Program-made: the position numbers and the translations under genes
Shown: positions 25,494-39,271 of the stretch, piece by piece
Layout: the number at the start of each line of letters is the position of its first letter
Position numbering within the stretch: the first letter of the stretch is position 1
The notes under the pieces: generated by a model
What the model saw: only the letters and a program-made list of their open reading frames with translations
What the model was told of the DNA's origin: nothing
The model's database searches: none
NCBI GenBank assembly: GCA_964016885.1
Contig: OZ024745.1
Span: 116,126,001 to 116,190,000 of the forward strand
Origin: Eledone cirrhosa
Taxonomy: Eukaryota
Length of the DNA: 64,000 nt
Direction: 5' to 3'

Positions 25494-27513
25494 TAAATCA
25501 AAGAACGCCTACATACTTATACAATTTTTATTCGCTAAAAATGTTTCATCCATACCGTGGGGCAGGAATCCCCAGAGAGTAATCAATAACAATATAGTAC
25601 TGAATATAAGCTCTACCAACCTTAGCCACCCGAACAGTAGAGAAATTGTACAGGATAGCCTGAGGGAGATTGGATATGTGAAGGAGGGAAAGAATGCGTA
25701 CTGGGTTTAACAATCATTATAACAAACCATGATAATACAATAACACAGGCAGATGTTCCCACAAGGGACTGGGGCATGTGAAGGCAAACAAAAGCAATTT
25801 TAAGCACTTAAAGATAATTAAGAAAAATATATATAAAAAAGAGGAATTTAAAAAAAAGTAATTAAAAATAATCGGAAGTAATTAAAAATAATTAAATAAT
25901 TTTAAACATTTTTAAAGGAATTAAAACATTTAAAAATTACAAAAATATAAGTAAAAATATTTAAAAATATTTAAAAATAATTAAAAGAAAATAAAAAAAA
26001 ATTTTTAAACCTAAAAATTAAAAAAATTAAAAATTAAAAAATTAAAAGATAATAATAAAAAAAAACACACATAATTGTAATTAAACAAATGGGGAAAGGA
26101 AAAAATAAATTGAGGCATATGAAGAATCAACAAAGGAGGGTATGCAATAGTTACTATAGAAGATTTAGTTTCCCATGCCCTAGAATCATGGAATACTATC
26201 AGATCCATAATATATTTTCAGAAGGTCTAAAGGGGATTTTATCCCCCCCCCCATAGTATGCGCAAACAGGGTATAACAGTAGGTTCCGGGATTGTGTGGA
26301 CAAGAGGTGTTAAACCTGCACATGGAAAGGCACCACACCGATCCGAGCCAAACACAGACAAAGCGGGGTTAATACATAAACAAGCTGAGGCGATCAAAAC
26401 AACCTGAAGCAATCAAGACACAACAAATATGGTTTAGTGGCTGTTTAAGTCATATATGGTGAGAAGTCATAAAACATGTGGATCAACAGTAGATGGTAAT
26501 CCTGTCGGTGAGAGGTCAAACAAATGAAGATTGTCCGTAGATGGTAATCCAACGTGTTCATATGTTCACCAATACATACCAACACATATGGTACTATGTG
26601 TTACAAGCTGATTTCACCCATCCAAATCTTCACACGCTCGAAACTCCAGATTGAGATGTGTTACATGTCCAAGTTATAATCTTCCTAAGATTATATGTAA
26701 CACACTCCGCATTCCATGCGCAACCGCGTCCAAATATTGCTTGATTACATGCAGCAGTAAATTATCGTTGACCCCTCGCACACAGCACGTGGATCAACAA
26801 ATAAACACAGAAAATCACATAAAAGTGCTCAGATCAGATTCCTAATTCCACCAGACACAACAGCATGTCTGTCAATTGATGTCGTACTGCGGCAGGTATA
26901 CAGTAGTTATACATGACAGCCCCCGTACTCCGCAACAATCCAAGAACCCGGCTCCGCAAAAAGTAAACACCGTCGCTTCACACTTCGTCACAATTGCGAT
27001 AGGTATATACACACCAATCCATGAAGTAAAAGGCACATACGGGGTATTACTCTTTTCCTTTAACATTTTTTAAAGTTATTTAATTATTTTTAATTACTTC
27101 CAATTATTTTTAATTACTTTTAAGTATTATTTTTAAATTATTTTTGTTAAATTTCATCTTTTTTTATATATATTTTTATTAATTATCTTTAAGTGCTTAA
27201 AATTGCCTTCGTTTGCCTTCACATACCCCAGTCTCTTGTGGGAAAATCTGCCTGTGTTATTGTATTATCATGGTTTGTTATGATGTTGACTGTTAAACCC
27301 AGTACGCATTCTCATATCCAATCCTTCATATATCCAATCTCCCTCATGCTATCCTGTACAGTTTCTCTACTGTTCTGGTGACTAAGGTTAGTAGAGCTTA
27401 TATTCAGTACTATATTGTTATTGATTACGCTCTGAGGATCCCTGCCGCACGGTATGGATGATACATTGTGAGCGAATAAAAATCGTATAAGTATGTAGGC
27501 GTGCTTTGATTTA
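25494..27513. mobile_element. Foldback-like element: diverged inverted arms of ~430-460 bp around a ~1.1-kb core with GIY-YIG-like remnants
   Basis: ~25494-25930 is the diverged reverse complement of ~27050-27513. The supplied ORFs 25622-25807(-) and 27193-27381(+) translate almost identically. Confidence 0.75.
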
Positions 27514-27921
27514 TTTTTTCTATAACGGCTCTGTTTCGTAAATTGAGCTAATACGATACTGTCACAAATATGACACTGTGCAGATGTGCTTATATACATA
27601 TGATCCGTTGTCTACATATATATATATATATATATATATGTGTAGAAGGGATTTTTAATTTGTTGGAAATCCAACAAATATAAATGTTTACAACTGATTC
27701 AGAGCTCACGACAGATTTCTGGAGTAAATATTCAATGATATTAAATAAATGGTAACTATATTTATAAACGGAAAAAATGAAACGAAATTTCATTTCCCAC
27801 TCTTAGTACGGCTGTTACTTAAATATAAGTATGTACACGTACATTCATATATGCATACAGACGTACAGTAGTATGTATATATATACATGCATGCACACAC
27901 ATATATATATATGTACGTATG

Positions 27922-29030
27922 GATTCACCGAACATTTATTTATGGTCACTCCATCCATTCCAGGTGTCTTGCTGCTGTTTAAATTTACAATGGCCTTCAC
28001 CACCTCATCAAATGAAGGAGGATCAGCCATTGCCAGCTTTGTAGGTCTGGATGAAATCGTCCGGATGAACTCATCATCGATTTCTGATGGTCTGTTCAGG
28101 AGATCATCAAAGTGATCATGCCACCTGATCGAATCTCTGAGTAATTCCTTGCCGTCTTTGAAGCGAAGTGGTGACATTTGTGGACCGGTTGGAACCTAGA
28201 CCTCCCTGAGCAGATTGTATAAGAGCTTTGTATCATGTCTATCTAAGGGTTTCTGGATTTCATCAGCCTGTTCTCCCCACCAGGTATAGTGCATGTCTCT
28301 CAATTGATGTTGCACACGAGCCTTTATCTGCTTGAAGGTCCGGTCACACCTGCCAGAACGTGTCTCACACAACAATGATGTCAGAGCTTTTTGTTTCTCT
28401 TCAAGCAAGGTCTGGATCGTTTCATTGAACCAGTCCTTATACTTTCTATTGGGGATCTAAACTCCAGCACTGACATTATAGATGGTTTTCTTCAATGATT
28501 CCTACGTGTTTTCACATTCCATGGACTCAAGAGAATTCGAAAGTTCAGCTCTGACTTCTCTCATCAGACGAGCCATTTTTAGTCATTTTGGAAATGCAAC
28601 CTTCTTATCCCTAAATTTGGGCTTCAGAACAAATTGAATCTTGCCGCGCAACCAGACGATGGTCAGTCCAACATTCCGCGCCTCGCAATACATGAACCAA
28701 TGTGATATCCCTGACATCACGTTTCCTCGTTAAAACAAAGTCATCTTGGAACCTGGATAGCATCCAAGTTGTCTTAAACTTGTCTTTCTGCAGAAAGAGC
28801 CTGCTCCCAACAACAAGATGCACTTCATCGCACATCTGCAACAGAAGTAGGCCATTGTCATTGCACCTTCCCACTCCATGTTTACCTATCACACTCCAAG
28901 CTTCCCCGTCATTTCCAGCACGTGCATTAAAGTCGCCAAGGATGACAATCTTGTCTGCATAAGTTATAGTATGGATAACCTCTCTCAGGGACATACGGAA
29001 AGCTAGCTTTTCATCATCACTAAGTGCACA
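27922..29030 (-). mobile_element. RTE-clade LINE fragment (APE endonuclease and linker up to the RT start)
   Basis: ILGDFNARAG, GKHGVGRCNDNGLLLL, CWTDHRLV, RWHDHFDDLLNRPS, SKTPGMDG. Confidence 0.88.
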
Positions 29031-29318
29031 CTAACCAGAGTCACAAAGCGGTTTTGACTCAGCGGGACTCTCATGGATATTTTCGATAATTGCATCCACA
29101 AGGATAATTTTCCAGCATTGAGACGATTCCATTCCGGAGAGTAAATGCGAGACATGCCTCTCTCTTACAACCCTATGCACTACCACTCCAATAGAAAATA
29201 TATCCACCCTTCTATTCCGCGAATTGACCCTCGCCTGCCCGATATTGTATTTCATCCAGCAAAGTGTTCAAATACCACCCTCCTCATCAAGCAAGCATAT
29301 ATATACATACACACACAC

Positions 29319-29353
<35 letters not shown>

Positions 29354-29549
29354 TAAAATGTGGAGAAGGAGCACACGACTTGGAATATATATATATAGGG
29401 TGAGAAAAAAACGATTATTAGGAAGAAAAAAAAATGTTTTCCCCTATTTTTCTCTTTTTTCTGTGTTAGAAAATGTTTAAAACAAAATATTTTACTTTGT
29501 GTGAAGTCTTAAGGTATTAGTTAATTTATTTATTAATTAACAATATCAT

Positions 29550-29597
<48 letters not shown>

Positions 29598-29839
29598 TGA
29601 TTATCAATTACCAGTTTCAGCATTTTATTCATTAGCAAATTATGTGAGTGGGAGAGAAAAAAAAGGGAATTTGTATTGGTTAGGGTGATGTTGAACATGT
29701 TATTGAAATAGTAAAGAAATAATAATATTATTTACAAACAAGGTGTTTGAAGTAAAAAAAGGGGTGATGTGGAACATGATAAGGTAACGGGAAAGAAAGA
29801 ATAATATTATTTACAAGAATTGCTTATTTAGGATAATCA

Positions 29840-30620
29840 GTTAAAAAAATGTTATTATGGTAAGACCGCTTAAAGAAGTTGATCCACGGGGGGGGGGGGA
29901 TGTCCGTCTGGGATTGGATGTATTTTCCCTTTTTAGAGAATTAATATGCATGGGGAGGTAATTCAGGGTGGTCGGGTAGGAGAAAGAGAGGAGAGGGGGT
30001 AATACATTTATATAAGAAAAAGGATTAGATAGGGTATGAGGGAGGTAACTCTTTAGAGAACGTAGGGATTTTGGACTATGGTTCATTGTTCGTTCCAGTT
30101 TTAGTTTAGTCCGAAGTTTAATCCATTAAGTAGAGGTTTGAATTTGTTAATGAAGTACGTTTCCTTATTAGTAGGATTGATGAAAGAAGCGTTTTCTATG
30201 AATTTATAAATGGGGAAAATTCTAAAGTTTGGTAGTTGGTTAACAAAGATTAAGTTTTCAGATGCACATGTAAAATTGTATTTAACTGTGAAATGTTGTT
30301 CTTGTTTAAAGTGGAATGTTGAACCTTCTATTAGATTTATGCATATACCACAGTTGGGCCTTCCGCATTCTTTTACTGTGGGGTTCATTGTGAGGGTTGG
30401 TTGGATTTTGGCTTGTGTGAGGATATTTTTTATTGATTAGGTTGTCTTTTACTCTTTATGATGTTATGTGTTTGGAGTATTTTATTCATTATTGTGTCTC
30501 TTTTTAGTAAAGGAATGTTCTGGAGGATGGTGTCGAATGCCTCATTGTTGAGGTGGTTGTGTGTGGAGATGTGTGGTAGAGTTTTCTGTTTCGGTTCATT
30601 CCTGGGTTTGGGGTGTCAGA
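29840..30620 (-). mobile_element. Penelope-like element 3' part (linker, Cys motif, internally deleted GIY-YIG)
   Basis: CGRPNCGIC, FTCASENLIF, NFRIFPIYK and ETYFINKFKPLLN, homologous to 32149-32610. Confidence 0.8.
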
Positions 30621-31223
30621 TAAATACACATGCTACACACGACTAGAAGAATTAAAGAACACATTTATCAGCAAAAACTACCCACCATCCCTAATCAACA
30701 ATGGATTCCAACGTGCCCTAAAACTCAACATCCAGAAACTCAGAGCCACATACGAGATGACCTGGATATGCTGAACCACCTACCCAAAACAGTAAGTGAA
30801 AAAACTATTCTAGTCTCCTTTGACGTAATAAATCTCTACACTAATATACACCATAACTATGGAATAAGAGCAATCCAGTTTTGTCTAGACACTCATCAAT
30901 CAGAAATACCAACACGCATCAACAAACACTTCATTATTGATGGACTCCGATTTATCTTACAGAATAATTTCTTCACTTTCATACCGGAAAATCTCAGGAA
31001 GTGCAATGGGCACAAAGGTAGCCCCACATACGCCAACTTGGTCATGGGATTCCACGACCAACAAATCTACAACCAATCCCTTCTATTATTCGGAGACTCT
31101 TTCCTTACACATCTCAAAAACAACTGGACGAGATACCTCGATCATTCCTTCATTCTATGGCAGGAAGACACAAATACACTCACCCTTTTCAAGAATATGA
31201 TTAACAACATTAACAATAACTAG
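30621..31223 (+). mobile_element. Penelope-like RT fragments
   Basis: LVSFDVINLYTNI, ILQNNFFTF, GSAMGTKVAP, YANLVMG, WTRYLDHSF, preceded by a thumb-region piece RLEELKNTFISKNYP. Confidence 0.85.
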
Positions 31224-31699
31224 CAGAAAAACCACCCTGTGGGTGGTTTTCTGTTTGCATGTATAGTGTGTATATTGATATTATACGCAGGTATATATAC
31301 ATGTAGATATGATACATCAAATAAAATCGTAATTGACAATATATAATACATAGAAATTGAACGAAGACTGCGTTACAATGTCTTATTTAATCAGTAACGT
31401 AATCCATGAACATTAAAAAAGACGATATTATATATAAACTGCATTAGGGGAAAATTAGTAACAGAAAATTAGTATGTTTATTTAAGCGATAGCCAACCGG
31501 AAGTGTTGATATTTCAGAAATTATAAAGAAGTGAATCTTTAAATAAACAAAATATATTTAATCAACAGCCACGAAATTTAGGAGATAAATTATGTAATAT
31601 CCATTCATTATTTATTCAAAGTAATACAACTAATTTTACTAATGGGATAACAAATTATAAACCGTACGCAGTCCCGCGCTCCTTAATTTATTATAGTTT

Positions 31700-32620
31700 A
31701 GATATACAATTCGCAATGGAATCTAACTCCATGGAATTAGCTTTCCTGGATATTCTCATTCTAAGATCAGATGGGAAAATAGAGACAGACATCTATTCAA
31801 ACCCACGAACTCCAAACAGTTCCTATTCACATCAAATCACCCAAAACATACAAAACCTAACATCTCTTTCAATTTAGACAAACGTATATGCACCATAGTA
31901 TCAGACTCAGCTAAACGGGAACAAAGACTAAATGAACTCAAAAACACACTTACCTTAAGAGCCTTCCCACTTAACATAATTGATAACGGTATAGATAAAG
32001 CAAAACACGCAAATGTTCATCAACCCAACAACCCAAGCACAGCACCACAAACAATACCTTACCATATGTTTCCACGTTCAACCCCAGAAACACCAAAATA
32101 TTCGACCTCCTACATAAAAACCTCTCCATTCTATTTAAAGATGAAAAAATGAAAAAAATTCTAGAAACATCCAAGATCATCAAAATCAAAAGGCAACCAA
32201 AATCATTAAAACACATCCTCACAGGAACAAGGACAAACAAACCTATCTCCAGCCTTACGATAACAAAATGCGGAAGAACGAACTGTGGAACATGCCTATA
32301 CTTAATTGAAGGGCAAAAATTCACGTTCAAAGGTGGCCAAACTTTCACAATGAAAGGATAGACGGGGGTGTCATTACGCAAAATAATTGTTTCTACTTTT
32401 GAATAATGACCATCCATCGCCAACAAATCCGAAACGTAAACACAAGGAAAATCCCCTTAAGCAGCCACATTGCAGATTGTGCAGGAATGACTCTCCCCAA
32501 CTTTAAAATCTTCCCCTTTTACAAGTGCTCCGATTCTTTTACTCAACAACAAAGAATAAATAAGCAAAAATTATTTATTAATAAATTTAAACCAAAACTA
32601 AATATGAAATCATCCTCATT
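31700..32620 (+). mobile_element. Penelope-like element 3' part (RT end, thumb, GIY-YIG remnant)
   Basis: LAFLDILI, IETDIY, SNHPKHTK, LPYVSTFNP, CGRTNCGTC, MTIHRQQIR, FINKFKPKLN. Confidence 0.85.
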
Positions 32621-32799
32621 AGTCTCCCTCCGCACACGCGCGCACTGCAGCGAGTGTGTGTGTGTGCGTGTGCATATATGCATATACATGGATATATATA
32701 TATACATATATGCATATACATGGATATATATATATATATATATTTCGTTTCTGAATTTGTTTAGCAAGATTCTTTATCTGAAATCGTGTGTTGAAACCG

Positions 32800-33342
32800 A
32801 TATTGTTATACTTTGGGAGGGTCATGTTGCCAATAAGAAACACACACACCAGTTGCTTTCACTTCAATTTAATTTATTATATATTTATAAATTTACAAAT
32901 TTATAAATTTCTGGTTGGTTGGTTGGTTCCACAACCAGATAGTTGTTTATATATATATAGTCATAGTTCTTTCGTCACACACTCTGTGACCTCTTCAGTG
33001 ACTGGGGATTTCTTTCTTCGTTTCTGTGCCTTTCCTTTCTTCTATCCTACGCCATTTTTTTGTGTGTGGGTGTGGGAACCCACACACAAACAAAATGGCG
33101 TAGGATAGAAGAAAGGAAAGGCACAGAAACGAAGAAAGAAATCCCCAGTCACTGAAGAGGTCACAGAGTGTGTGACGAAAGAACTATGACTATATATATA
33201 TAAACAACTATCTGGTTGTGGAACCAACCAACCAACCAGAAATTTATAAATTTGTAAATTTATAAATATATAATAAATTAAATTGAAGTGAAAGCAACTG
33301 GTGCGTGTGTTTCTTATTGGCAACATGACCCTCCCAAAGTAT

Positions 33343-33350
<8 letters not shown>
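32800..33350. mobile_element. ~550-bp near-perfect palindrome (head-to-head H1 units, PLE pLTR-like)
   Basis: Arms of ~270 bp, loop ~33072-33077, about one substitution and one indel seen. The right end abuts (TA)n. Confidence 0.9.
33147..33191 (+). ncRNA. Minimal type I hammerhead ribozyme motif (H1); mirror copy at 32959-33003 (-)
   Basis: Stem I AGTCA/TGACT, core CTGAAGA, stem II GTCACA/TGTGAC, GAAA, mini stem III AG-AA-CT, CUA triplet (predicted cut after 33186). Confidence 0.75.
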
Positions 33351-33398
<48 letters not shown>

Positions 33399-34433
33399 GT
33401 GTATACACCACAAAATAAGAGGAAATAAAATTTACTCATTGCAAAAGCTAATGTCACTGATATTCTGACCCTCTTCAAAGAAAGATTATTTTGAGAGAGA
33501 AAAAAATACTTTTTTCTGAAAGAATTTTTTTCTAATGTTTAAACTTTTGGATTCTGAGAATCCTTTGGCTCTTAACCTTTAACTTTCGACAATTTTCGGA
33601 ATTTTGTAGAAAAAAATGTTACTTAATTCCCTCTGTGTATATATCCATTTATTTATTCATTCATTTATATATACACGCACTGTGTTTCGTTTTGAAAAGA
33701 TTTTTAAGATCTTTTAATTTTTTAAAGAATGATTTTTTGGAGAGAAAGATTTTTTTGAAAGTTTCTTTTGAAAAGTATTTTTTAAAGCTTTTTTGAAGCG
33801 TTTTCTTAACTTTCTTAACTTCTTTAATTTTTCAATTTTTGGATTCTGGAATCCTTTCGATTTTAGCTCTTTACTTTTGACAATTTTCTGAATTTTGGAG
33901 AAAAAATAATTTTTCTTTAACAGACAGACTGAAAAAAAACACACACAACAACCTCACACATACACACACCTGTTTATGCATACATATACGCACACACTCA
34001 CATGTCTGTGCTGTTGTATATACAACCTCACACTCCCTCTATACATATATGTGTATGGGTATGTGTGTGTGTAAGCATGTACACATACCAACCTACCACA
34101 GAATTCTGCTCTTACAACCCCCCTATGCCCTTTTGAACTATTGAACATTAGATCAAACAATACATTCACAGCATATTTTTCACATCAACAGCTTCCTCCC
34201 TTACAAGTAAACAACTTGTTCTCATTTCCAACCAACTTTTCAAGAAGCAGGATGAAAAAAATATTACTCAAACATTCTTTTTTTACTCGTATCAACTCTT
34301 TTTAGTTAACTTTTTACACTACATTTGACAAGATGGATTTTAATACGTCGAAACCGGTAATTTTCCCATATACTTTATATACTTCATAAAAAAAATTGTC
34401 CCTCTCCTCTTTTAATATTATATTTTTATAACA

Positions 34434-34562
<129 letters not shown>

Positions 34563-34571
34563 ATATATATA

Positions 34572-34744
34572 TAACGAAGGAGTTGTGGTAAGGAACCAGA
34601 TGGACCATAACGCACCAGAGTACCCAATACTTAGGGTAGTAGGGTGCGTAATAGGAAAATGTATGACCCCGACGGCAGAGCTCAAGCCATTTCGATGGCC
34701 ATTCTGGACTGAGGTCTGCCGTCGGGGTCATACATTTTCCTATA
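34572..34744. mobile_element. (TA)n-associated short repeat (family P) with partial fold-back
   Basis: Homologous to 47565-47963 and 49222-49350. TAGGAAAATGTATGACCCCGACGGCAGA recurs inverted at ~34715-34742. Confidence 0.75.
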
Positions 34745-34769
34745 TACATATATATATATATATGGACAT

Positions 34770-34918
34770 ATACGTTCTGAGTTCAAATCTCACTGATGAT
34801 AGCTTTTCCTTTCATCCTTACAGGGTCAATAAAATAGCGTACCATTCATGCACTGGGGTTGATTTAACCGACTTTCTCTCCCCACTGAATTGCTGGCCTT
34901 GTGCCTAAATCAGAAACG
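34770..34918 (+). mobile_element. SINE A-related 3' portion
   Basis: B box GAGTTCAAATC, central domain, and tail CCTTGTGCCTAAATCAGAAACGATTAT. Confidence 0.75.
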
Positions 34919-37422
34919 ATTATAATACACAGTATCTTAAACGATTATAATACACAGTATCTTAAACACTCTTCCACAAAAAGCCAATTGAATTCTTTAT
35001 GAAAGGAAACAAATTCTCTGGTTTTCCAATCTGTATAACAGTTGTATAAACATTATATAACACTGAAGCTATCATACAATAGTTATATAAACATTATATA
35101 ACATTGTAGTTTACGTGATAATATATTGTATATTTATTTTAAAACATTTTGAAGACCATTCGTTATGAGTTTTAAAGTAGTGACTACGTCACTTACTTGG
35201 ATTCGGCAAAAGCAAAGGGAAGCAACCGACGGCCATTTCTCGCTCATTAGCTGTTGTTTAGATTTATAGAAGCAGAATTCTTATAGAATTCCAGTGATGG
35301 ATATTATAATTTATGTCATTAAGAATTATTTAACTTAAAACTGCATCTTTACTTCTCTCTGTTGAGAACAATTCCTTACACGAAAAACGTAGCATATCTT
35401 TATTGTATCGGCTAAACTCAACAAAATCCTTACATATCACTTCTCACATTGTTATTGAAGAAAATGCATTCTTGTAGAAACCTCGTGAAGGTTTGTTAAC
35501 TTCATTGTGTATACATTCTATAAATAGAGCTTTACTCATAGGCCAAAAATATTGAATCAATAAATGATATATAGATATTTACAAGGGTCCTTGATCGATA
35601 TCTATATTTCATTAACACAAACAATTATATAATTTCAATCAGATAAGGAATGAATTGAATAATCATGTAACATGACTGTTAAATTAAGCTGCTTTCGACA
35701 CATCATTTTAAATTTCTACCAGTTTAAATATTCAATACAATGTTACAGTAATGATATGAAACAAACAAATAGAATGCAATAACTATTGAATAAAAATGTC
35801 ATGTATATATAATATTCATTTTTCATTTATAGCACAGAATATTTACATTCTCATAAAATACTAAAATAAACGAAAATAAGACATTTAAGTTGGTCGAAAT
35901 TCCACGAGGAATCATTAAATATTGAAGACTACATTTGTAAAACTTAGCAAAGTTGAGAAAAGTAAATTAATTCTGAAAAGTAATTGGATATTTGTATTTT
36001 TATATAGAACTATTTGGCTGTTAGAAAATTATCGAATTATATTATGCTGATATAAATACAATCCATTAAATTAAAACTAACAGACAACGGTTTGTGTTTA
36101 AAATGTTTGTCTTGAATGTAGTCAAAATCAAACGAAATAGATTTTACATTGTCGAATGGTTGAAAGAATGAACACTAGAGTTGCAGTTATCAACAAGCAA
36201 ATATGCCCTACATAGAGAAGTTTAGTTCTGAAGACGTAATGACGATAAACATTTTGGAATCGTTGTAGCAATTCCTAATTCCTAATTGCTAATTGATCCA
36301 AATTCGATATATGTTCATCAATGGACGTTTTATTCTTTGCGTAAATAAACAATAGGATATTGTGATTAATGATTTATTCAACGTTAACCGAGAGACATAG
36401 CGCACCATTCGTTTAAATAATTTGTGCTTCCTTGTCTATATTGCAAAACACAATTACATTTTCATTTTTCAACATTGAAATAACTCCAATTACAGAATCG
36501 ATCATCCAATGACATATATCGATGACATATATCGTCTCACTAGAACTCTCTATTATTGGCGTCTTCATTATCAATAATAATCATTCTGCGATCAAACGAG
36601 ACAAAAGCAGAAACTCAAATTACGTTTACGTTTAGTAAATAAAGTTTGACAGTGTTCAGCACTCAGCCATTTTAGGATAACGGACGAGTTACTAAGATGC
36701 TATGAAGTATGTCGAATTATATATTTTAACTGGTTACTTTAGTCTTCTGGTAGTGTAGATTTGATCGAACTGTTATTATGAGAAAAATATATGACGTTTG
36801 AGAGTTATCCCACATCGCACAGGGTAATTATTTAAAGAAATATGTTTACTCGAATTCATGTCACATATGGTCAATACAATGGTATTGATTATAAATTGTA
36901 TTAAATATGATTTCCAAATAAATTTCATATACGGAAGATTATGTTACACTAAAATTATTATAAATCAATTCCATAAACATTGAAATCACGAATCACATTG
37001 ATGACATATAATGCAATTCATAATGTAATAAATGTCAAATATATTTAAACGACGCATTTGAAATTTAAACATGTCTTTTCTACGATCCTGTTATATATTT
37101 TTGTTACATATTCGTTCCAAATATGAGAATTATAGGACTAAACCCTTAGACTCAAGAATAAATACTGAATTAAGATCAAATAGTAGGTTTGGTTTACAAC
37201 TTCGCTTTATATATTGATGGTTCCGCGGAGCATTAAACTGTATCAGGAAATAAAATAATTTGTTTCTGAATTATGCATTATATATTTATGTATTCTCTGC
37301 AGATGTTTTTTTTTAATGGGCTGTAGATGTTTATATACATAAATCATGTTGTAGACTATTGCGAATTAATTACAAAGCAGACAATTTATATTCATATAAC
37401 ATTATATATAATTTGAATATTG

Positions 37423-37591
37423 GTGGTGGATTGGCAGTATCGGTAGAGGGTCGGACGCCATGCTTTGACGCAAAGAGTTACGGCCCTTGCCATTCTGAGG
37501 TTAACTTTGCCTTTCATCATTACAGCGTCGATAAAATAAAGTACCAGTAATACACTGGATAATTGCTGGCCTTGTGCCAAAAGTAGAAACA
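37423..37591 (+). mobile_element. SINE family A (B box deleted), 22-bp TSD
   Basis: TSD ATTATATAT(A/T)ATTTGAATATTG at 37401-37422 and 37592-37613. Confidence 0.9.
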
Positions 37592-39271
37592 ATTATATAT
37601 TATTTGAATATTGAACTGTTACTATTATATAACTCTGGCATTTGAGACAATATTAGTTTGTTCGATCTTGCATATAATAACTTAATAACTTAATAACATT
37701 TGACTAATTAACACTTAGAGAATTAACAAAAGCTCTGCACACATCATAAGTAATTCTATTTGAATATCTATTGTCTAAAACAAATATAATCCAAGGCATA
37801 GAAAGCAATGTGGATATATTTGTTCAGAATAATTATTTACTCTTTTTCTGGAGCATATCTGTTTACAGGGTCAAAAGTATTTATATGTCGTCATTCCAAA
37901 AGATTTATGTTTTTAGATAATTGATTAAAAATTAGGAATTTGAGGATTTATATATTTCCAGAAATAGAATATTTCATTACCCCTTATGATATTGTTATTA
38001 GGATGTGACTGGAATATTATATGTTAATGTGTTCGAACAGTATCCCAGTTACGTTGATGACAAGCCATCAATTGAATGGTTTTATACCGGAAATCTGTGT
38101 CAATGTTATCGCGTATCTTAGCTTATTTAAAACGTTGTTTCCTTTTATTGCATTTGACGAAGCGTAACTATTTCCATTAGTCAATATTGTTCTCTTCCTA
38201 TATCTCATAAAACAAAGGGTCTTTAAAAGACCATTGACCAATATATTTTTCAGTAAATAGTACCTGAACTGTGTAGCGTTTCACACATTTTATTTATATC
38301 ATCCACGTACTAGCGCTTAACAAACACTCTTATAAGGTAAAACATATGTACAATGTTTACTCATATTTAATCACGAAAATATATCACAGAAAAAATAAAA
38401 CTACCACATGCATGTCCTGACATTTAATGGTTTATACTTTGTTCTTGTCATTTTTATGAATTGTGGATATGAAAAAAATTTGCTATGATTCAGAACTTTA
38501 CAACACCATATGTATTGCACTTTACTTAAAAGAACAATAATACTAAATTTGACTAAATTATCGCTAAGATAAAAAAGGGGAAGACGAGTAGAAATATGTT
38601 ATATACGGATATAGAAAAAATAATTATATCGAAAGAAAAATGTTTGTTAATCTAAAGCATGTTCTTATATCGCTACGAGAAACACTAAAATTCGAATAAC
38701 AGATAAAAAAGGCAATATTCAACAAAGAATCCCAATAGCAGATACGATCAGAAAGAATTGAAAGGCAAATGTATAGCATCGGACCACGAAAGAAACTTGA
38801 TAGCTAAAAGTTTATGCAACATTGTGTATGTTTGTAAATATGTAGTAATGTACATATACATTACTATTAAAGGAAGACTATCTTAACTCACATGTCCAAA
38901 TTACTATGAAAATAAGAAGCGTCAAATGGCTGAAACAATAACATAAAAATGAATAAATAACAAAAACAGACATATGTGTGTATGTTTGCAATTCAAATAG
39001 ATGTAGTTGACCCAGAAGAAATATGGATGTCGTTATACTTTTAAAACCGTGAATTTGTTGCTTATTAATTATAAGATACGTAGATGATGGAATATATCTC
39101 AAAGAAATTGACAAGCCGACAGATTAAATAAATACTGTGTAGGAGTAAATTATTAAATCCAAATGCATGGTTAAATAATTCTAAAGAGAAAATAGAATAT
39201 AGTACAAAAGTTAACAGTTAATATTTAAATTTATTTTACGTGAAAGAGCAGTAAAGCGAGTCAATATATAT

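Noticed and set aside
35140-35300. Similarity to ~42410-42595
   Set aside because: Short and highly diverged; probably an old dispersed repeat with no interpretable structure.
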